A DNA stretch of 54,522 nt, filler included, from Catajapyx aquilonaris (GCA_000934665.2; 3 parts of 3 records of this genome joined end to end with filler, not necessarily neighbours in it), one strand, 5' to 3'; positions 21,612-34,195 are shown, counted from the first letter of the whole stretch. Made by a program: numbers and translations. The notes: generated by a model from the sequence alone, not told the origin.

Positions 21612-23831
21612 TCATCATCATCATCATCAACATCAACATCACATTTCCCTATGAGGGGTAGTCAGCGATGAAGGGAGACGCAAGCTAACCCAACATATGA
21701 ACTAAATTAAAACTTGCGAAAATAAAACTATAACCCCCCCCCCCACCCCTGCCCATCTCAGACGACAGACACTGAATATTAAATTTAAATATTACACTAT
21801 GCNCCCTCGCCACCAGCCACTACTCCGGACGCCCTGGCCACGCCGACGTGTATGACATCACCACCCTTGCACCTCATCGACCCCGCCAGAGACGTCCCCT
21901 CTACTCGCCGGAGGCCCGGAGCGAAGGAAGCCTTAAGACACTGGCCTTACCTTGGCCCTCTTACCAACGACTCCACCCAAATAAACCTTCTTCACAATCT
22001 CCTCCTCCTTCATCCTCTGCACATGGCCAAACCACCTTAGAGTAGACCTACACACCTTATCTTTAACAGTCTCCTTAACATTACACCTCTGCAAAATCTC
22101 CTCATTCCTAATCCCATCCAACTTAGTAACCCCACAAACAGCTCGGAGATAACGCATCTCTGTAGCCAACACCCTACTCTTATGCCTATCTGACTAAACT
22201 CACGCTTCACTACCATACATGTGAAGGAACAATAACTTGAGAATAGACAGACAACCTACAGGCAGAAGATAAGGCCTTATTTCTTGAAAACTTACTTATG
22301 GCACCTATCACTTTCAACCCAGAAAGAACTTTCCTGTCTATCTCCCCATCCATTCTACCATTACTCTCAAGGACACTACCCAGGTATACAAACTGGTTGA
22401 GCAGGTCAACCAGTTTTCCTCGTACCTGCAACATACAAGAAGAAACCTGCTGTCATCTTTCAAATACCAATACCTTAATCTTATCTACGTTTATCCTCAT
22501 GCCCCTCTTTTCACAAACATTATCTAACTTGCATATGATCAACTGTAAATCAGCCTCACTCTCCGCCAAAAGGGCAGCATAATCTGCATACAGCAAGTGA
22601 CTATAGTTCTCTCAAGAAGTCCGGTCACAAAAGAAGTCCTGGACAGAAGAGTGTGCCCACATTTTTTATACATACGATTTTGGGCGTTTGGTAGGTGAAA
22701 CAATAGGGTCATTCCCACGTGCCACAGGGATCATGATCCTTACCCCCGAAAATCGTGATTGGGGTGTTCCCACATGCCCTTCCTCCACCCGAACGCGTTT
22801 ACAAAGGTGACTGTGGCAGCCAGCTTGTAGAAGTTGACTGCCACCTTATTGAGTCGCGATCCTGACGTCACTCCCCCCTCCGGACCGGGCAACATGGCGG
22901 CTCCCTGCTTGGCCCCGTCTGCCCGCGTGTCTGCCCCCTCGCTCTGCGGGCAGCCAGGACCTGTGTAATAACGTAGATAGCATGCCTCCATGCTATTACA
23001 GCCAGGCCTATCGTAGAGTCACCCGTGCCTTTGTCCGGGAGCCGAAGCGAGAGTCATTTTTTCGCCAGGCGGGTGGGCGTGGTTACAGACCACTCCACCG
23101 AAAATCACGAAAAGTACGTGGCCCGTGGAAACAGTCACCAAACGATCCTGATCACATCCTGATTTTGCCAGTCAGAAACGTGGTTCAAGATCGAGATTTT
23201 GTGGCACGTGGGAATGACCCTATTGTGCCAGGACAGGCTAGTTCTTCCCCATTGGTGGAGAGAAAAGTGAAAGGTGATGACCACAAAGAGAAAAGAGAAG
23301 GGGGAGATGGGGTGGGGGGGGCTCTTGGCCACGCCTTTTATGACCGGACTTCTTGAGCGAACTGTAACTAACTCATCACCAAACTGCACTCCTACACCTT
23401 CAATCATTGCTTCCCTTACACATGCATCTAAGTACAAGTTAAATAACCAGGAAGACATGACACAACTCTGCTTAACCCCAACACTAATGTTAAACCAGTC
23501 AGAGAAACCCCCACTAGTTCTAACACAAGCTCTACTCTCTTCATACAATGACTTTACAGCCTCCAGCAGATGGCCCTTCACTCCATAGAGACTCAGAACT
23601 TCGCACAAACCATCACTACTTACTGTGTCATATGCTTTCTCTAAGTCTACAAAGGCAACATAAACCTTCTTGTTTACAGCTAAATACTTTTCTATCACGA
23701 GTCTCATACAGAATATCTGATCTACACAACTCTCACCCGACATAAACCCACTCTGAATATTCAGTATTCTCTGACTTGTGACCCTCTTAACTCTTTCTAT
23801 CGAAACCTTGGCATGCACTTTCCCTGGTACT
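21612..23831 (-). mobile_element. 5'-truncated, degraded RTE-clade LINE (reverse transcriptase region)
   Basis: VPGKVHAKV..QSGFMSGESCVDQIF..VAFVDLEKAYDTV..GVKQSCVMSSWLFNLYLD, HLLYADY (YADD mutated), FVYLGS, EMRYLRAVCGVTKLDGIRNEEI..LRWFGHVQRM. (GAT)n tail at about 21612-21640. Confidence 0.92.
22604..23364. mobile_element. Tc1/mariner-type MITE inserted in the LINE RT
   Basis: TIR (C/T)AGTTC(G/T)CTCAAGAAGTCCGGTCA at both ends, TA TSD at 22602-22603 and 23365-23366, inner inverted repeat GGGTCATTCCCACGTGCCACA. Removing it rejoins GDELVSHLLYAD. Confidence 0.9.
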
Positions 23832-24189
23832 TGTTTCGCTATAAAATATATTCCAATATATTCTAACAAATTGTTATAATATATTGGAAGTAATGCATCA
23901 GCAATGACTTGCTGAGTACATACAAGATACAACTATACAAGTATATGTATCACCAAAGTGTTTAATTCTGCGAACATTATCTAACATTAGTACTAACATA
24001 CTATACGAATACTAATATACTATATAATTATTAATTATGTAACCTGCAATTGGAAAACAGGCATAATAATGTAAATATACTGACATACTGACGATACTGT
24101 ACATCTTGCCTATTCACATATGCCATAACTTTGAAATGTAATATTATTTTACTTAATTGAATGATGTTTCAAGACGACATTGGCGAAAA

Positions 24190-24344
24190 AAATGATCTGG
24201 AAAATTGTGATCTACAGATCATAGATCCCGTGAATAAGGTATCTAGATAGAGAAAAAGATACCCGAATTTAAAAGTATCTAGATCAGATCAAAGATCGTG
24301 GGTTTGGGGATCTAGATCGGAGATCTAGATCCTACCCAACACTG
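24190..24344 (-). mobile_element. DNA transposon terminus, possibly hAT, with AGATC(T) subterminal repeats
   Basis: Minus-strand end CAGTGTTGGGTAGG followed by many GATCTAGAT/AGATC motifs. No partner end found. Confidence 0.55.
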
Positions 24345-24570
24345 CCTGTAGGACCTAACTCGAAATGTTCCAATCCAACATTGATCAGGACGGTCTGGGC
24401 TGCAACACATCCCATTTTCAGGCAAATCGAACGTAAAACCAGACCATGTCCCATATTGCCTTCGGAGGTCATTACATGCTCCCTGTAGGTCCTACTTCGA
24501 AATGACCCTATCTAACATTGATCAGGACGGTCTGGGCTACAACATATCCGATTTTCAGGCAAATCGAACG
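24345..24570 (+). repeat. Imperfect 89-bp direct duplication (period 137)
   Basis: CCTGTAGG..AACATTGATCAGGACGGTCTGGGCT..TTTTCAGGCAAATCGAACG at 24345-24433 and 24482-24570. Confidence 0.85.
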
Positions 24571-24639
24571 GAAGGCCACTGGCTCGATCATACATTTTGT
24601 GCCATGTCCTTTGACAATTTCGAGTTACAACAATTATTA

Positions 24640-25640
24640 GAGGCAAAATTACTTTGTCGTATGTACAAAATCAGTGATCGAGTGAGTATTATTTTGTCGT
24701 AACTGCTCCCGCCCATTATTTCCGTGCTACAAGCTCTAAAGAGTATTTACCTAGAGGCATTCCTGAACGTGCATAAAATATATTACTTGTATGCAGAATA
24801 ATATCGTCAAGGAGTCAGTGAAGCTTCATACCTGTCGGCATATTTTTAATGAAGAATTTAACGATGGTTTCCACAAACCTAAGAAGGATCGATGTGATAT
24901 TAATTTTGTGAGGAATACAAATATTTGATGAATCCCTATGAGGAAGGGTTCTTCAGTGTACAAAAAAACATGAACTGGGAAAAATGGAAACAAAAGAGGA
25001 AAGGGATTCTGATAGAATGAAGTCAAAAGAAAATAACTCCCTGGAGTGTTTCATGTGTTTTTACCTATAAAATGTGATGACTTTTATATCCAGAGCTTGT
25101 GGATCTAATATTACAAGAGAAAACTGAACTGTTATAATCTCACTGCTCACTGTTAAGACAGGAATGAGGTTTACCCCTTGCTTTCTGGAATGAATGTGTA
25201 GCAGGTTGGAGTGGGAATCACATTGCAAGTGTCTTGATCAAAATTCTAGCGAGAGTTTTACAAGATCGACCACGGTTGCAAAAAATTGTCCTTCGTCCGA
25301 TTTTTGCGTTACTCAAAATCGGAACAGATTCATGACTATGGGCTTCGAAGACTTTCTTTGTACTCATAAGCAGCTCCATTGCATTGAGCAGAAGTACTCT
25401 GAACCGGGCCACAGTTGCGTACATGAAATATACAACATTCATAGCCAAATAGGAATACTGTTGAGCCATTCAGAGATATTCAACCCGGTTTCTTTGACCA
25501 TAATTTTGTCAGCACGTTTGAAGCAGAAGAAATGGCACTTGATTCAGCTGTACCAACACAATTTTCACCATTTTCAAACAGCCTCTAAAGTCTAAATAAT
25601 TCAGTATTCGAGTTCAATGCTATTCCATTTGCCAAAGTGA
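24640..25640 (+). mobile_element. Degraded DDD/E transposase, probably Sola1-like
   Basis: Frameshifted motifs in order: AHYFRATSSKEYLP, LNVHKIYYLY, EEFNDGFHKPKKDRCD, YYKRKLNCYNLT, WNECVAG, SDFCVTQNRN, KYSEPGHSCVHEIYNIHSQI. Superfamily assigned from recalled motif pattern. Confidence 0.7.
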
Positions 25641-25889
25641 AGCATTTCATGAAGACTCTAATACGATACTCCCTGTATGAGATTCTTAATTTTGACCTAC
25701 TCTTCCCTAAGTTCAGCGCAGTCCGGTAGGGTCGCCACATGCATTTACATCTGTGAAAGGCGCTCTCAAGTGAGCACCTCCCGCAAAACGCCCCGTCAGG
25801 CGATAAGAGCTGATGATAGGGGGAGTGTCCGGGGTCTGATCATGATGCTGAACTGGATCTGCTGGGATCTGCTGGTCCCCTCCCCAAGA

Positions 25890-26010
25890 CCTATAGCTTC
25901 CATTTCAGGTTGATCCAAATGTTTTCTGTCGGATTCAGGTCCTTCCCATTCAGCGGCCAGTTCAGGAAGGTGATGGCTGGGTTGTTGTGCATCTGAAAGG
26001 GAGGTGAACA
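25890..26010 (-). mobile_element. Tc1 (DD34E) transposase C-terminal fragment
   Basis: LNWPLNGKDLNPTENIWINLK resembles Tc1 WPxQSPDLNPIENxW. Confidence 0.7.
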
Positions 26011-26170
26011 TGTGGAGAAAGGAGGGGGGGNGGACTGTTTCAGATCCATGGTAGCAAAGTTTAAATGGCAGCAGACAAGTACCATGGCGAGATTCCTGGG
26101 CGAAATGGACCTTGGTGAAAAGCCCAGACCAGGACACATCGGTAACGTGTACAATGCTGCACAGTCAGAC

Positions 26171-27200
26171 ATGCCTCCAAAAATAGCCCCTTTTTGAGAA
26201 GGATACATTGTTGCTCTTTCCAACATGGAATATGTGTACAGTCAGATCAGGAAGCAGTGTCAGCTAAAAGATTTTACCATGTCAGACGAAGGTAATAACG
26301 CAGTGTTGAATCGCAACAAAAGCCCCACGCCACATCATCTGTTGTTGGCACCTCAGGACACGACCGGAAGATAGACCCCACACTGTGCCGAACACCAGAG
26401 GTGTCGAAGAAAGTGAAGGTAATGGTGACAAAGGAAAACCCAAAGACCCCAGGGCACATCGCAGAATGTGTGGGAGTGTCCCTGTCAACTGTTCATTGCA
26501 AGACCTGAACTTGAAAGTATGTCACACAGCCAAAGTTCATGTTGTGAAACCAAGCCACACTGCAGCGTGCAAGACCAACAACTCGACGCCTAAGGATTAT
26601 ATTGTCGTATCTCGTATGCTTTAACATACGAGATACGACAATATAATCCTTAGGCGTCGATACTGCAGAAAGCTGTAAGAGAGACATTTAGCTGGTGAAA
26701 GATGGAAACATGTTGTGGCACTGGATAAAGCATGGGTGTACCTAACTGACTGCAACAAGGTAGAGGCCATTTACTACCACAACACACGTCCAAAGCGCAT
26801 TCGGATTGGGTGTGCCTGTGAAAAGAAAGTTATGTGGGATCCTGACACAGAGGCAAGGTCACTGCACAGAGTTGGCAAAAAGGCCACGGTAAGTTCTGCC
26901 TGCAACCAGAGGAAAATACTGGCACCATTGCATCAACATGATATCCCTCAGCTGCATGGCTGGGGCCCTTCAAAGGTGTTGATGCACCATGATAAAGCAG
27001 TGAGTCACACGTCTCAATAAACGGTGGCCTACGTGAGAAGTATGGAGATTGCATACCGACATCAGACATCCCTGCCATATCTCCCGATGCCTCTCATATG
27101 GATTTCCACTAGTTTGATCTGCTGTCTTTCAGGCGGGGTGGGACAGAATGGACCTTCCTGCTCTGCAAAGAAGTCTCATGGAATGGAAGCTTTGATGTTG
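26171..27200 (+). mobile_element. Degraded Tc1/mariner-superfamily transposase of DDxD type (maT/rosa-like)
   Basis: MPPKIAPF start, VALDKAWVYL, MHHDKAVSHTS and PAISPDASHMDF, with stops and frameshifts. Confidence 0.7.
26583..26660. repeat. Perfect 36-bp inverted repeat with 6-nt loop
   Basis: TCGACGCCTAAGGATTATATTGTCGTATCTCGTATG-ctttaa-CATACGAGATACGACAATATAATCCTTAGGCGTCGA. Confidence 0.95.
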
Positions 27201-28010
27201 GGTGATAGTCCAACTACGGGGTATCACATAGAACAGCATCGCTGATGGCAAAACAGCCCCTGTAGCAGAAATAATCATTATCATCTCTTGATGCTTACCC
27301 TTTCAGTCACAATTTGAACAGTGTGAATGCAGGAGCATCATGCACTACGTAAAAGAAACCATCAGGGTATTCAGCCAGGAGATATGGCTGCACTTTCTCT
27401 TCCAATAAAAACATTTTATATCCCAGGTTAAAATCCAGGCTTTACTACAAACAACAAAAGGTGCATAATCTTAGGAAAGAGTTATTGTGAGTGCAGATAA
27501 GTTAACCACTCCATCTACAAAATAAAAGCAAACCTGTGAATATATGTGGAACAAATGTGATAAAAAAATATAAACCTGTTAAATTATCATTTGCCCATTT
27601 ATTTTGCATACATGATGCCTTGCCCAAATGAAATGGAAAACTTGCTTGGATATTTGCTTTCATGCAATTTTGCAAGACTACAGCATTGTTTTATGTTGCT
27701 GAAGCAAGCAGAGCTGGGCAGGGTCTTACATAATGGCCAAGGACTACTGGTTCAGACTAGTAATGAATAATGTATTGTAAACAATGGATGGACAAAGGGA
27801 ACAGCTGGGTGATTTAGAGCTCTGTTTCCTTTCTGATTTTCCCTTTCCACTCCTGGCTCTCCGATCCTCGAGAAACAGAGCCACTACAGTATCATTTGAG
27901 AAACAAAATGTTCTAACCCAGAAAATATCACCAAATAAGTTGTGTAACCTGTTTATAACGGACCCAGGCCATTTTGAAAACCTCTGAGTGATCCCAAGGT
28001 GAATTTTGTA

Positions 28011-28150
28011 CAGTAATGGAAATTAATGGAGAAGCGCAGGTATCACCTCCTGGCTGAGCTTTTCCTTTACATGAAGCTGCAGCAGCTTCATGTAAAAGAA
28101 AAATCTGCCAGGAGGTGATACTTGTGCTTCTCCTTTAATTTCCACCACTG
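28011..28150. mobile_element. 140-bp palindromic mini-MITE / hairpin
   Basis: TA|CAGTAATGGAAATTAATGGAGAAGC..TTTACATGAAGCTGC-A-GCAGCTTCATGTAAA..GCTTCTCCTTTAATTTCCACCACTG is self-complementary over most of its length. Confidence 0.75.
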
Positions 28151-28385
28151 CTACTGTACCATATTTCAGTCGTTTGTAACCAAATTCTGTTCAGCAGGGT
28201 CACGTTTGCAATTTTGACATTTTGTTGCACCTGGAAAAATGCAATGACATAAATTGCAAAATTTTCTACATGCCTACTCCTTATCATATAATTTCAGTAA
28301 TTACACAAGAATGGGCATTTAACAACATCACATAAAATTTCACAAAGAAGCATCTAATGATTTATGTCCAGTTTTGCTAACTGTG

Positions 28386-29120
28386 GATGTATATGTTAGG
28401 CTCAAAACCCGAAAACGGCCACAGGTCGAAAAAAAAACGACCGTACCTAGGTCTGGTCATTTACAAACCAGCTGGAACTAGGTCTGCATGTTCCTGCTTA
28501 TTAATATACCTATGGATATGGAAGTGATGGGGCGATGGATAGAGCTCTTCGTGTTGGTGTGGCTGTGGAGCTTTGGGGTGACTGTACCAGGTCTGTCCTG
28601 TGCTGTGGCCCTGCTGGGCACAGTCCGTCGCATTGCCCGATAATTTTTGATGGTTGCGAGCATAGCCAGCTGAGCGCTAATTGTGTGTTGCGTATCTCCC
28701 CAGCAAATGTGATTGTGGCTTTGCCAAGCACATTCCAGGGATTGGTGATTGGCCAAAGCACAATAACCTTCGTTGGCCTGAGGCGCACAAAGATGGACAA
28801 TATTGTTGGGAGGATACACAATCCACAATAAGTGCTCAGCTTGCTATGCTCGCAACTAACTAAAATCATCAGCCAATGCGGCGGACCATGCCTGGCAGGG
28901 CCACAACAAAGGACAGACCTGGTATGGTCACCCCAAAGCCCCACAGCCACACCAGCACAAAGGGCTCCATTGATCTCCCCATCACCTCCATATCCATAGG
29001 TATATGAATAAGCAGTAACGACCAGACCTAGTTCTGGCTGTTTTGAAGGCAACAGACCTAGGTCTGGCCTTTTTTTTCGGCCGATGGCAGTTTTCGGGGT
29101 TTTAGCCTAACATATACATC
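28386..29120. mobile_element. Foldback MITE, arms of about 320 bp
   Basis: Ends GATGTATATGTTAGGCT and AGCCTAACATATACATC. Arms stay complementary to about 28708 and 28800, leaving a spacer of about 90 bp. Confidence 0.88.
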
Positions 29121-29726
29121 ACTTCCTACTCTAGTGCAGTAACAATACGTGCTTCACTAAGAAAAATTAACCAATTGATTTCCTGAACAATTTCACGGCA
29201 CACCTTCAGCTAATTATAGTCACTATCTTCTAAGAAAAATGGATACCCTCCCATGAAACTTGGTGTCCCTGTCCCCCAGACCCATCCCTACAAAGTCAGT
29301 TGGTACCTAGTCGCCCACCATCTTCGAATGCCCGTAATCCCAACTGTAGAGTTACAGCCTGGGAATCAGCATGAGGAATACACTTTCACGCCTTCCATGT
29401 CAATTACAACAAGCCAGCAAATTTTCTTTACTTTCCCCCACTCAAAATGAACATAAAAATTCCTCTCCTGGAACAGATTCTGCTGCCACAGCAGCAAGAG
29501 CTTTCAAATTCTATTTCGCAATTCTTTTAGGATCTAGGTGATCAGAGTGGGAGGTTTTAACCTAGAATAGTGCAAGTAATCTTCAGGAATCACTCAAAAT
29601 GGCTAGCATTGTTATCAGCCAATCTAGACCACAGTGGCTGCCTTATTAATAGGAACATAAACAGCCATAAACATACTATTTTGAGAACTTTTAAAAAATT
29701 ATTGCTTTTGAGTAGGCCATGTTATA

Positions 29727-31174
29727 CCATATTACCTCACTTAAAGTGGCATGCCGGTGTAGTCGCGGTCGACCAGTTTTTAGAAATGCACGATCTGGTG
29801 GCTACACCAGCATGCCAGTCTAAGGGCAATTCTTGTTATACCCGAGGTTCTAAGTTATACTGAGGCCGGTGCAACTGGCCCTAAGCGAGGCATGCCGGTA
29901 TAAGGCGAGGTTTTCTTACGATCTCTATGAAAATTCTTATTACTCAAATGAATGCATTACACCATGTTGTACGGTACGCATATGGCCCAGGACACTTCTA
30001 TTGACTGACACATCCCATAAGATTGTTCAACCCTTAACCACCAACGTGGGGTATTTTTGTACCCCACAATGTAGTTAATACCATCGCGATTAATAAGTTT
30101 GTATGAAATGAGAAATGGCAGGCCTATATTCCTCAGACATACTTTCTTCGATCCAAAGAAAATTTTTGACATCAGTAGATTTTTTTTTTTGCAGAATTAC
30201 CGGTACCTTTATGCTGCTAAGCGTCCCTGTGGGGTCCAGATATACCCCACGTCGTAGCCAATGCGCATAATTTTTTAGAGAACACATCACAGCGCATCAC
30301 AGCAAAATTGAATTTTATAAAGTGTGAGTGTTGTTATTCAGCAATAAATATTGCTCGGAACTAAAATCTTGCAGACCCTGCAGCTGGGAATGTTTACGTT
30401 ATAAGCCATTACTTACAGCATCGAACTGGAAGGCCACGAAGGTGCGATAATGGAGTCTCAGGTCCCTTATGACTCAACTAATGGTCACAGGAGATCGATT
30501 TTTTACACATACAGATCAGAATACAGGCCAAATTTAGCGGGTAAGAATGGCTTTAGTGCTATTAAGTAAAATTTTTAAAAAAATGACAACCGCGTGGGGT
30601 CCTGAAATACCCCAAGTCGTAGCCAATGTATGGCAGATACACGTTGGTGGTTAAGGGTTTTACGGAAACATTTTCAGTTAAAAGTGCAAGGCGGCCAGAA
30701 GGGAAGCATACCTACCAGGATATTTCATACGTTTAGTTCGGATTCTATTAACTGAGTGACAAGGCTTCTCGGACAAATTGATACCACTACGCAAAGTGAT
30801 CCTCTGATTGCCGAGATCTGCGACCAGCGAACTATTGATAGCAAAACGAAGGACTGAAGGAATTTGCCTAGATCATTTGCAGATTCTTTGTAATATTTAG
30901 GAGGGTTCCCCTCTCAGAGCAGGCAGAGTCGGATTGGTCAAACTCTATGGCCTGTGCAAAGATGAACTTGCAATTCTCACAGCCCTGTGCTCACATATTT
31001 TTCACCATAACATTATTTTAGTACAGTATCAGATGCATTCCAAAAGATTTGACAAGGATCAAAATTATGGAAATCTACCTCGGTATTGTGGCATGCCGGC
31101 CACCCCTTGGTTATACCAGCATGCTGGTCGACCTTGCTTTATACTGGCATGCCGCTTTACGTGAGGTAATTCGG
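29727..31174. mobile_element. pogo/Tigger-like non-autonomous DNA transposon
   Basis: TA|CCATATTACCTCACTTAAAGTGGCATGCC and GGCATGCCGCTTTACGTGAGGTAATTCGG|TA form imperfect TIRs with TA TSD. Confidence 0.8.
30031..30657. mobile_element. piggyBac-like MITE nested in the pogo-like element
   Basis: TIR CCCTTAACCACCAACGTG / CACGTTGGTGGTTAAGGG. Internal direct repeat GTGGGGTCC..TACCCCA.GTCGTAGCCAATG at about 30229 and 30594. Confidence 0.8.
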
Positions 31175-32007
31175 TACTCTCCTAATAGATGTGACACCCA
31201 AGAATTTGTTTTTGTAGAAAACATCAAATTGTTTTCATTCATCCAATTCTGTACATTGATCAATCAGTGTGACGATGCAGCTTATGGAGTTGATTAATGA
31301 TAGCCGGGCTCCCATTGCATATATTTTTTTAAATGGTGTCAGTTCACTTAATGTTTAATAAATATTCATTCCCTTTTAATTCTGGTTTACACCATTCAAG
31401 CTGCAGATACAGCAAAATAAGCTCAACTTTTCTTCTGGCATTATTAGAAACCAACTAAACTGCATTTAATTCCCCAAGAGTAGTTCTTAGCTCAAGAAGG
31501 AGAGAATACCACTACCTATGATCAGTCAGGATGGCAGTACATGTACATTAAAAATCGATGGCTTTCTGAGATGGTGCCTTTGCACACATTCACCAAAATT
31601 AGGACATGTTTCGAGAAGACTCTTTCAGCCTACACATTCATGCAAATAACTTCGACCTTATCAGAGTTATCATGATAACCGGTGCCATACATTACGTGAT
31701 GAGTAATTCACACCACTTCCCCACTAGAATTAAACATGGCATTACTGAGCCAATCCATCATTACTGGGAACCTCCATCCCCTTGCCACCCATGTCATCCA
31801 CCAGTTAAAACAAAGCAAGATTTTAGTCCTAATTACAGTAGCTACATCAAGTCAACTGCATCCCTGCATGAGCTGCATTCCTCTCTCAGGTGAAGAGGTG
31901 GTCATACTGGGTGGGAACCTTCACAAAATGATTTGTAATTTCTGTTGACGCTGTGGAAGACAAAAGCCTGTCATTCGCTTACACTTGACTCCTTTCATGT
32001 GCAATTA

Positions 32008-34109
32008 CTAGTGCGCAGTTGTCTGGTGTCGCACTAATCGCGATTTGTAATAAAACTTCTTTCCACAATCTTCGCATTGAAACTCCTTGTCCACGTGAGT
32101 CACCTTGTGGTGGCAGCTTAATGACGAATAGGAACGGTACACTTTACCGCACAGCTTGCACTTGTATGGCTTCTTTTCAGCGTGTATAGCGTAATGATCA
32201 GTCAACCACGCTTTCTTGGAAAACGAAAAGTTGCATTTGTCGCACTTGTAACGCTTCTTGCATGCACGAGGCTTCTTGCGCAGGGTCTCGTACTCTCTGT
32301 GGGTCCACTGGTGACCCCTGAGCTTCTTGTTGGTAGTGAAACGCATTGCACATGTGTCACAAGCATATGGCTTGATTCCACCGTGGGTAAAGTTATGATA
32401 ATACAGTCCACTTCTGGAAGCAAACGGCTTCCCACATGTCTTGCATTTGTAGGGCTTGGCCCCGGTGTGCACATTCTGATGCGCTTGCAACGATGATTCC
32501 ATTGCAAATCTCCTCCTGCACGTACTGCACTCAAATGGCTTGACTTGGGTATGAATACGCATGTGCCCGCTAAGAAATCCAGGTAAACGAAATGACCTTC
32601 CGCACACCTTGCAACCGTACGGCCGCTCTCCAGTGTGGATCCAGCGATGTACTTTCAATTTGCATTTCATGGAAAACGCCTTATTGCACAAGTCGCACTT
32701 GTGCTGCCCTTCAGTCCCATGTGCAATGTACTTATGGCGGTTAAGTAATCGTGGCTGGTTAATCAACTTATTACAGGTCTGACAATCGGTTAGGTTCTCG
32801 TTGGTGTGGAATGTCCGATGATGTGTCAACTTCCGCTTATCAGCATACGACTTTCCACACACTTCACATAGGAACCGGCGCTTCTCATTGTGCCGCTTCC
32901 TGCTATGCTCAAGCAACTCTGCCTTGCACTGAAAACTATCGCCACACGTCTCGCACTTGTGGCACAGAGGCTTCAAAATGAGGCACCCCTTATTCTGGTG
33001 GTACCACCATCCTTGCCTGGGCACCACCTTACCACACTTGTCACACTGGAACATGCACAGTGCATCGCTCTTTGCTTTCAATGGAGACAATTGAGCATCT
33101 TTGTTGACTTCTTCTAGGGAGAACACTGGCATTGTTATAGCCAACAGGTTGACAGCATATGTGTGGTCAGTTCCATCCCTACAATTAAGAAAGCATGCAT
33201 GAGCACAAGTAAAGCACCAGCAGCAGCAGGAATTATTACACTCTGAATGTGCTTACATGCCATGAGATTCTTCCTCTTGTGACACATTGCTTCCAGCCAC
33301 CTCCAGGCTGGCACCTCCTGCAGTTTCCTCCTCTGCAGATGTGGTGCTTGGAATGTCATGTTTGTCAACAGAACCAGTCACTTGTCCAGCACCCTCGAAT
33401 CCATCTGATTGCATAGATTCATCGTTCTCATCAGCTGGAGTAGTTGACATAGTTTCTTCTTTGAGCTCGTCTGAAAGTGGAAAATGCTTCATCATTGTCC
33501 AGTACTGTCATATTAGTTTAATCATGTTCCTGTTATAACACAGCATAGAAACATAATTAGACTGCACTGTATTACTGTAGCTCAAATGGTCAAAACTGTA
33601 CTCGTACCCTTAATCACAAAATCGTAATGAGAGGTAAAGGTAGGGACATCCACGAAAGTGGCGGAAGCATCTGGTGACTTGTCTGCAGCTGCAGTCAATG
33701 CTGCAGATTCACTTGACTTTGCTGTACTTGAATCACTGGGTGGGGGCGATGATGGGATTTCTTCGCTATCAAAGTCTGAAATATAAGGTAATGTCAAACA
33801 TTTGTGCAACCAACTCCTGTAGTTAACGATACCTGGTGGTGCGAAGAATATTGGAACTGCATTTTCCTGCAGTGATGGGTGATTCCCGGCCTTTACATCT
33901 GCAGCACGATCTGCAGTGATGATGTCAGCCCTGAGGAAGTGCTTGGAGCAGATCTTGTACTCTTCTGGCTTGAGTATGGCCTCCATCCATAGTAACCTGA
34001 TTTCGGGATTGGCCGGAAATGAAAAGAAGTACATCGAGCTGTCCTTTGACTCGGGGCGGTGGTTCGAACAAGTGGAAACACAGCAGAAATCTTGTCCGTT
34101 CGGAGGCAT
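32008..34109 (-). CDS. THAP-domain plus multi-zinc-finger protein, 3 coding exons, about 628 aa
   Basis: Exons 33608-34109, 33257-33470 and 32008-33178 total 1887 nt, GT-AG, phases 1 and 2 consistent. THAP: CCVSTCSN..FFSFPANPEIRLLW..ICSKHF..LQENAVP. DHTY motif. One C2HC-like and 11 C2H2 fingers, some with TGERPY/TGAKPY linkers. Confidence 0.88.
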
Positions 34110-34195
34110 CTCTAGGGGCTACTTCAAAGGCTAACCACAGCAAGACCTGGAATAAATATTTGTGCAAAATATTCACATTAATATTCCCTGGAATC

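Noticed and set aside
24345..24570. Repeat-spacer-repeat as a CRISPR-like array
   Set aside because: Only two diverged 89-bp copies, eukaryotic context, no cas genes.
28478..29052. 116-180 aa ORFs on both strands
   Set aside because: They arise from the foldback MITE symmetry and have no domain.
33114..33260. GC-AG intron in the THAP-ZNF gene
   Set aside because: A canonical GT-AG intron (33179-33256) keeps the frame and adds the DHTY motif.
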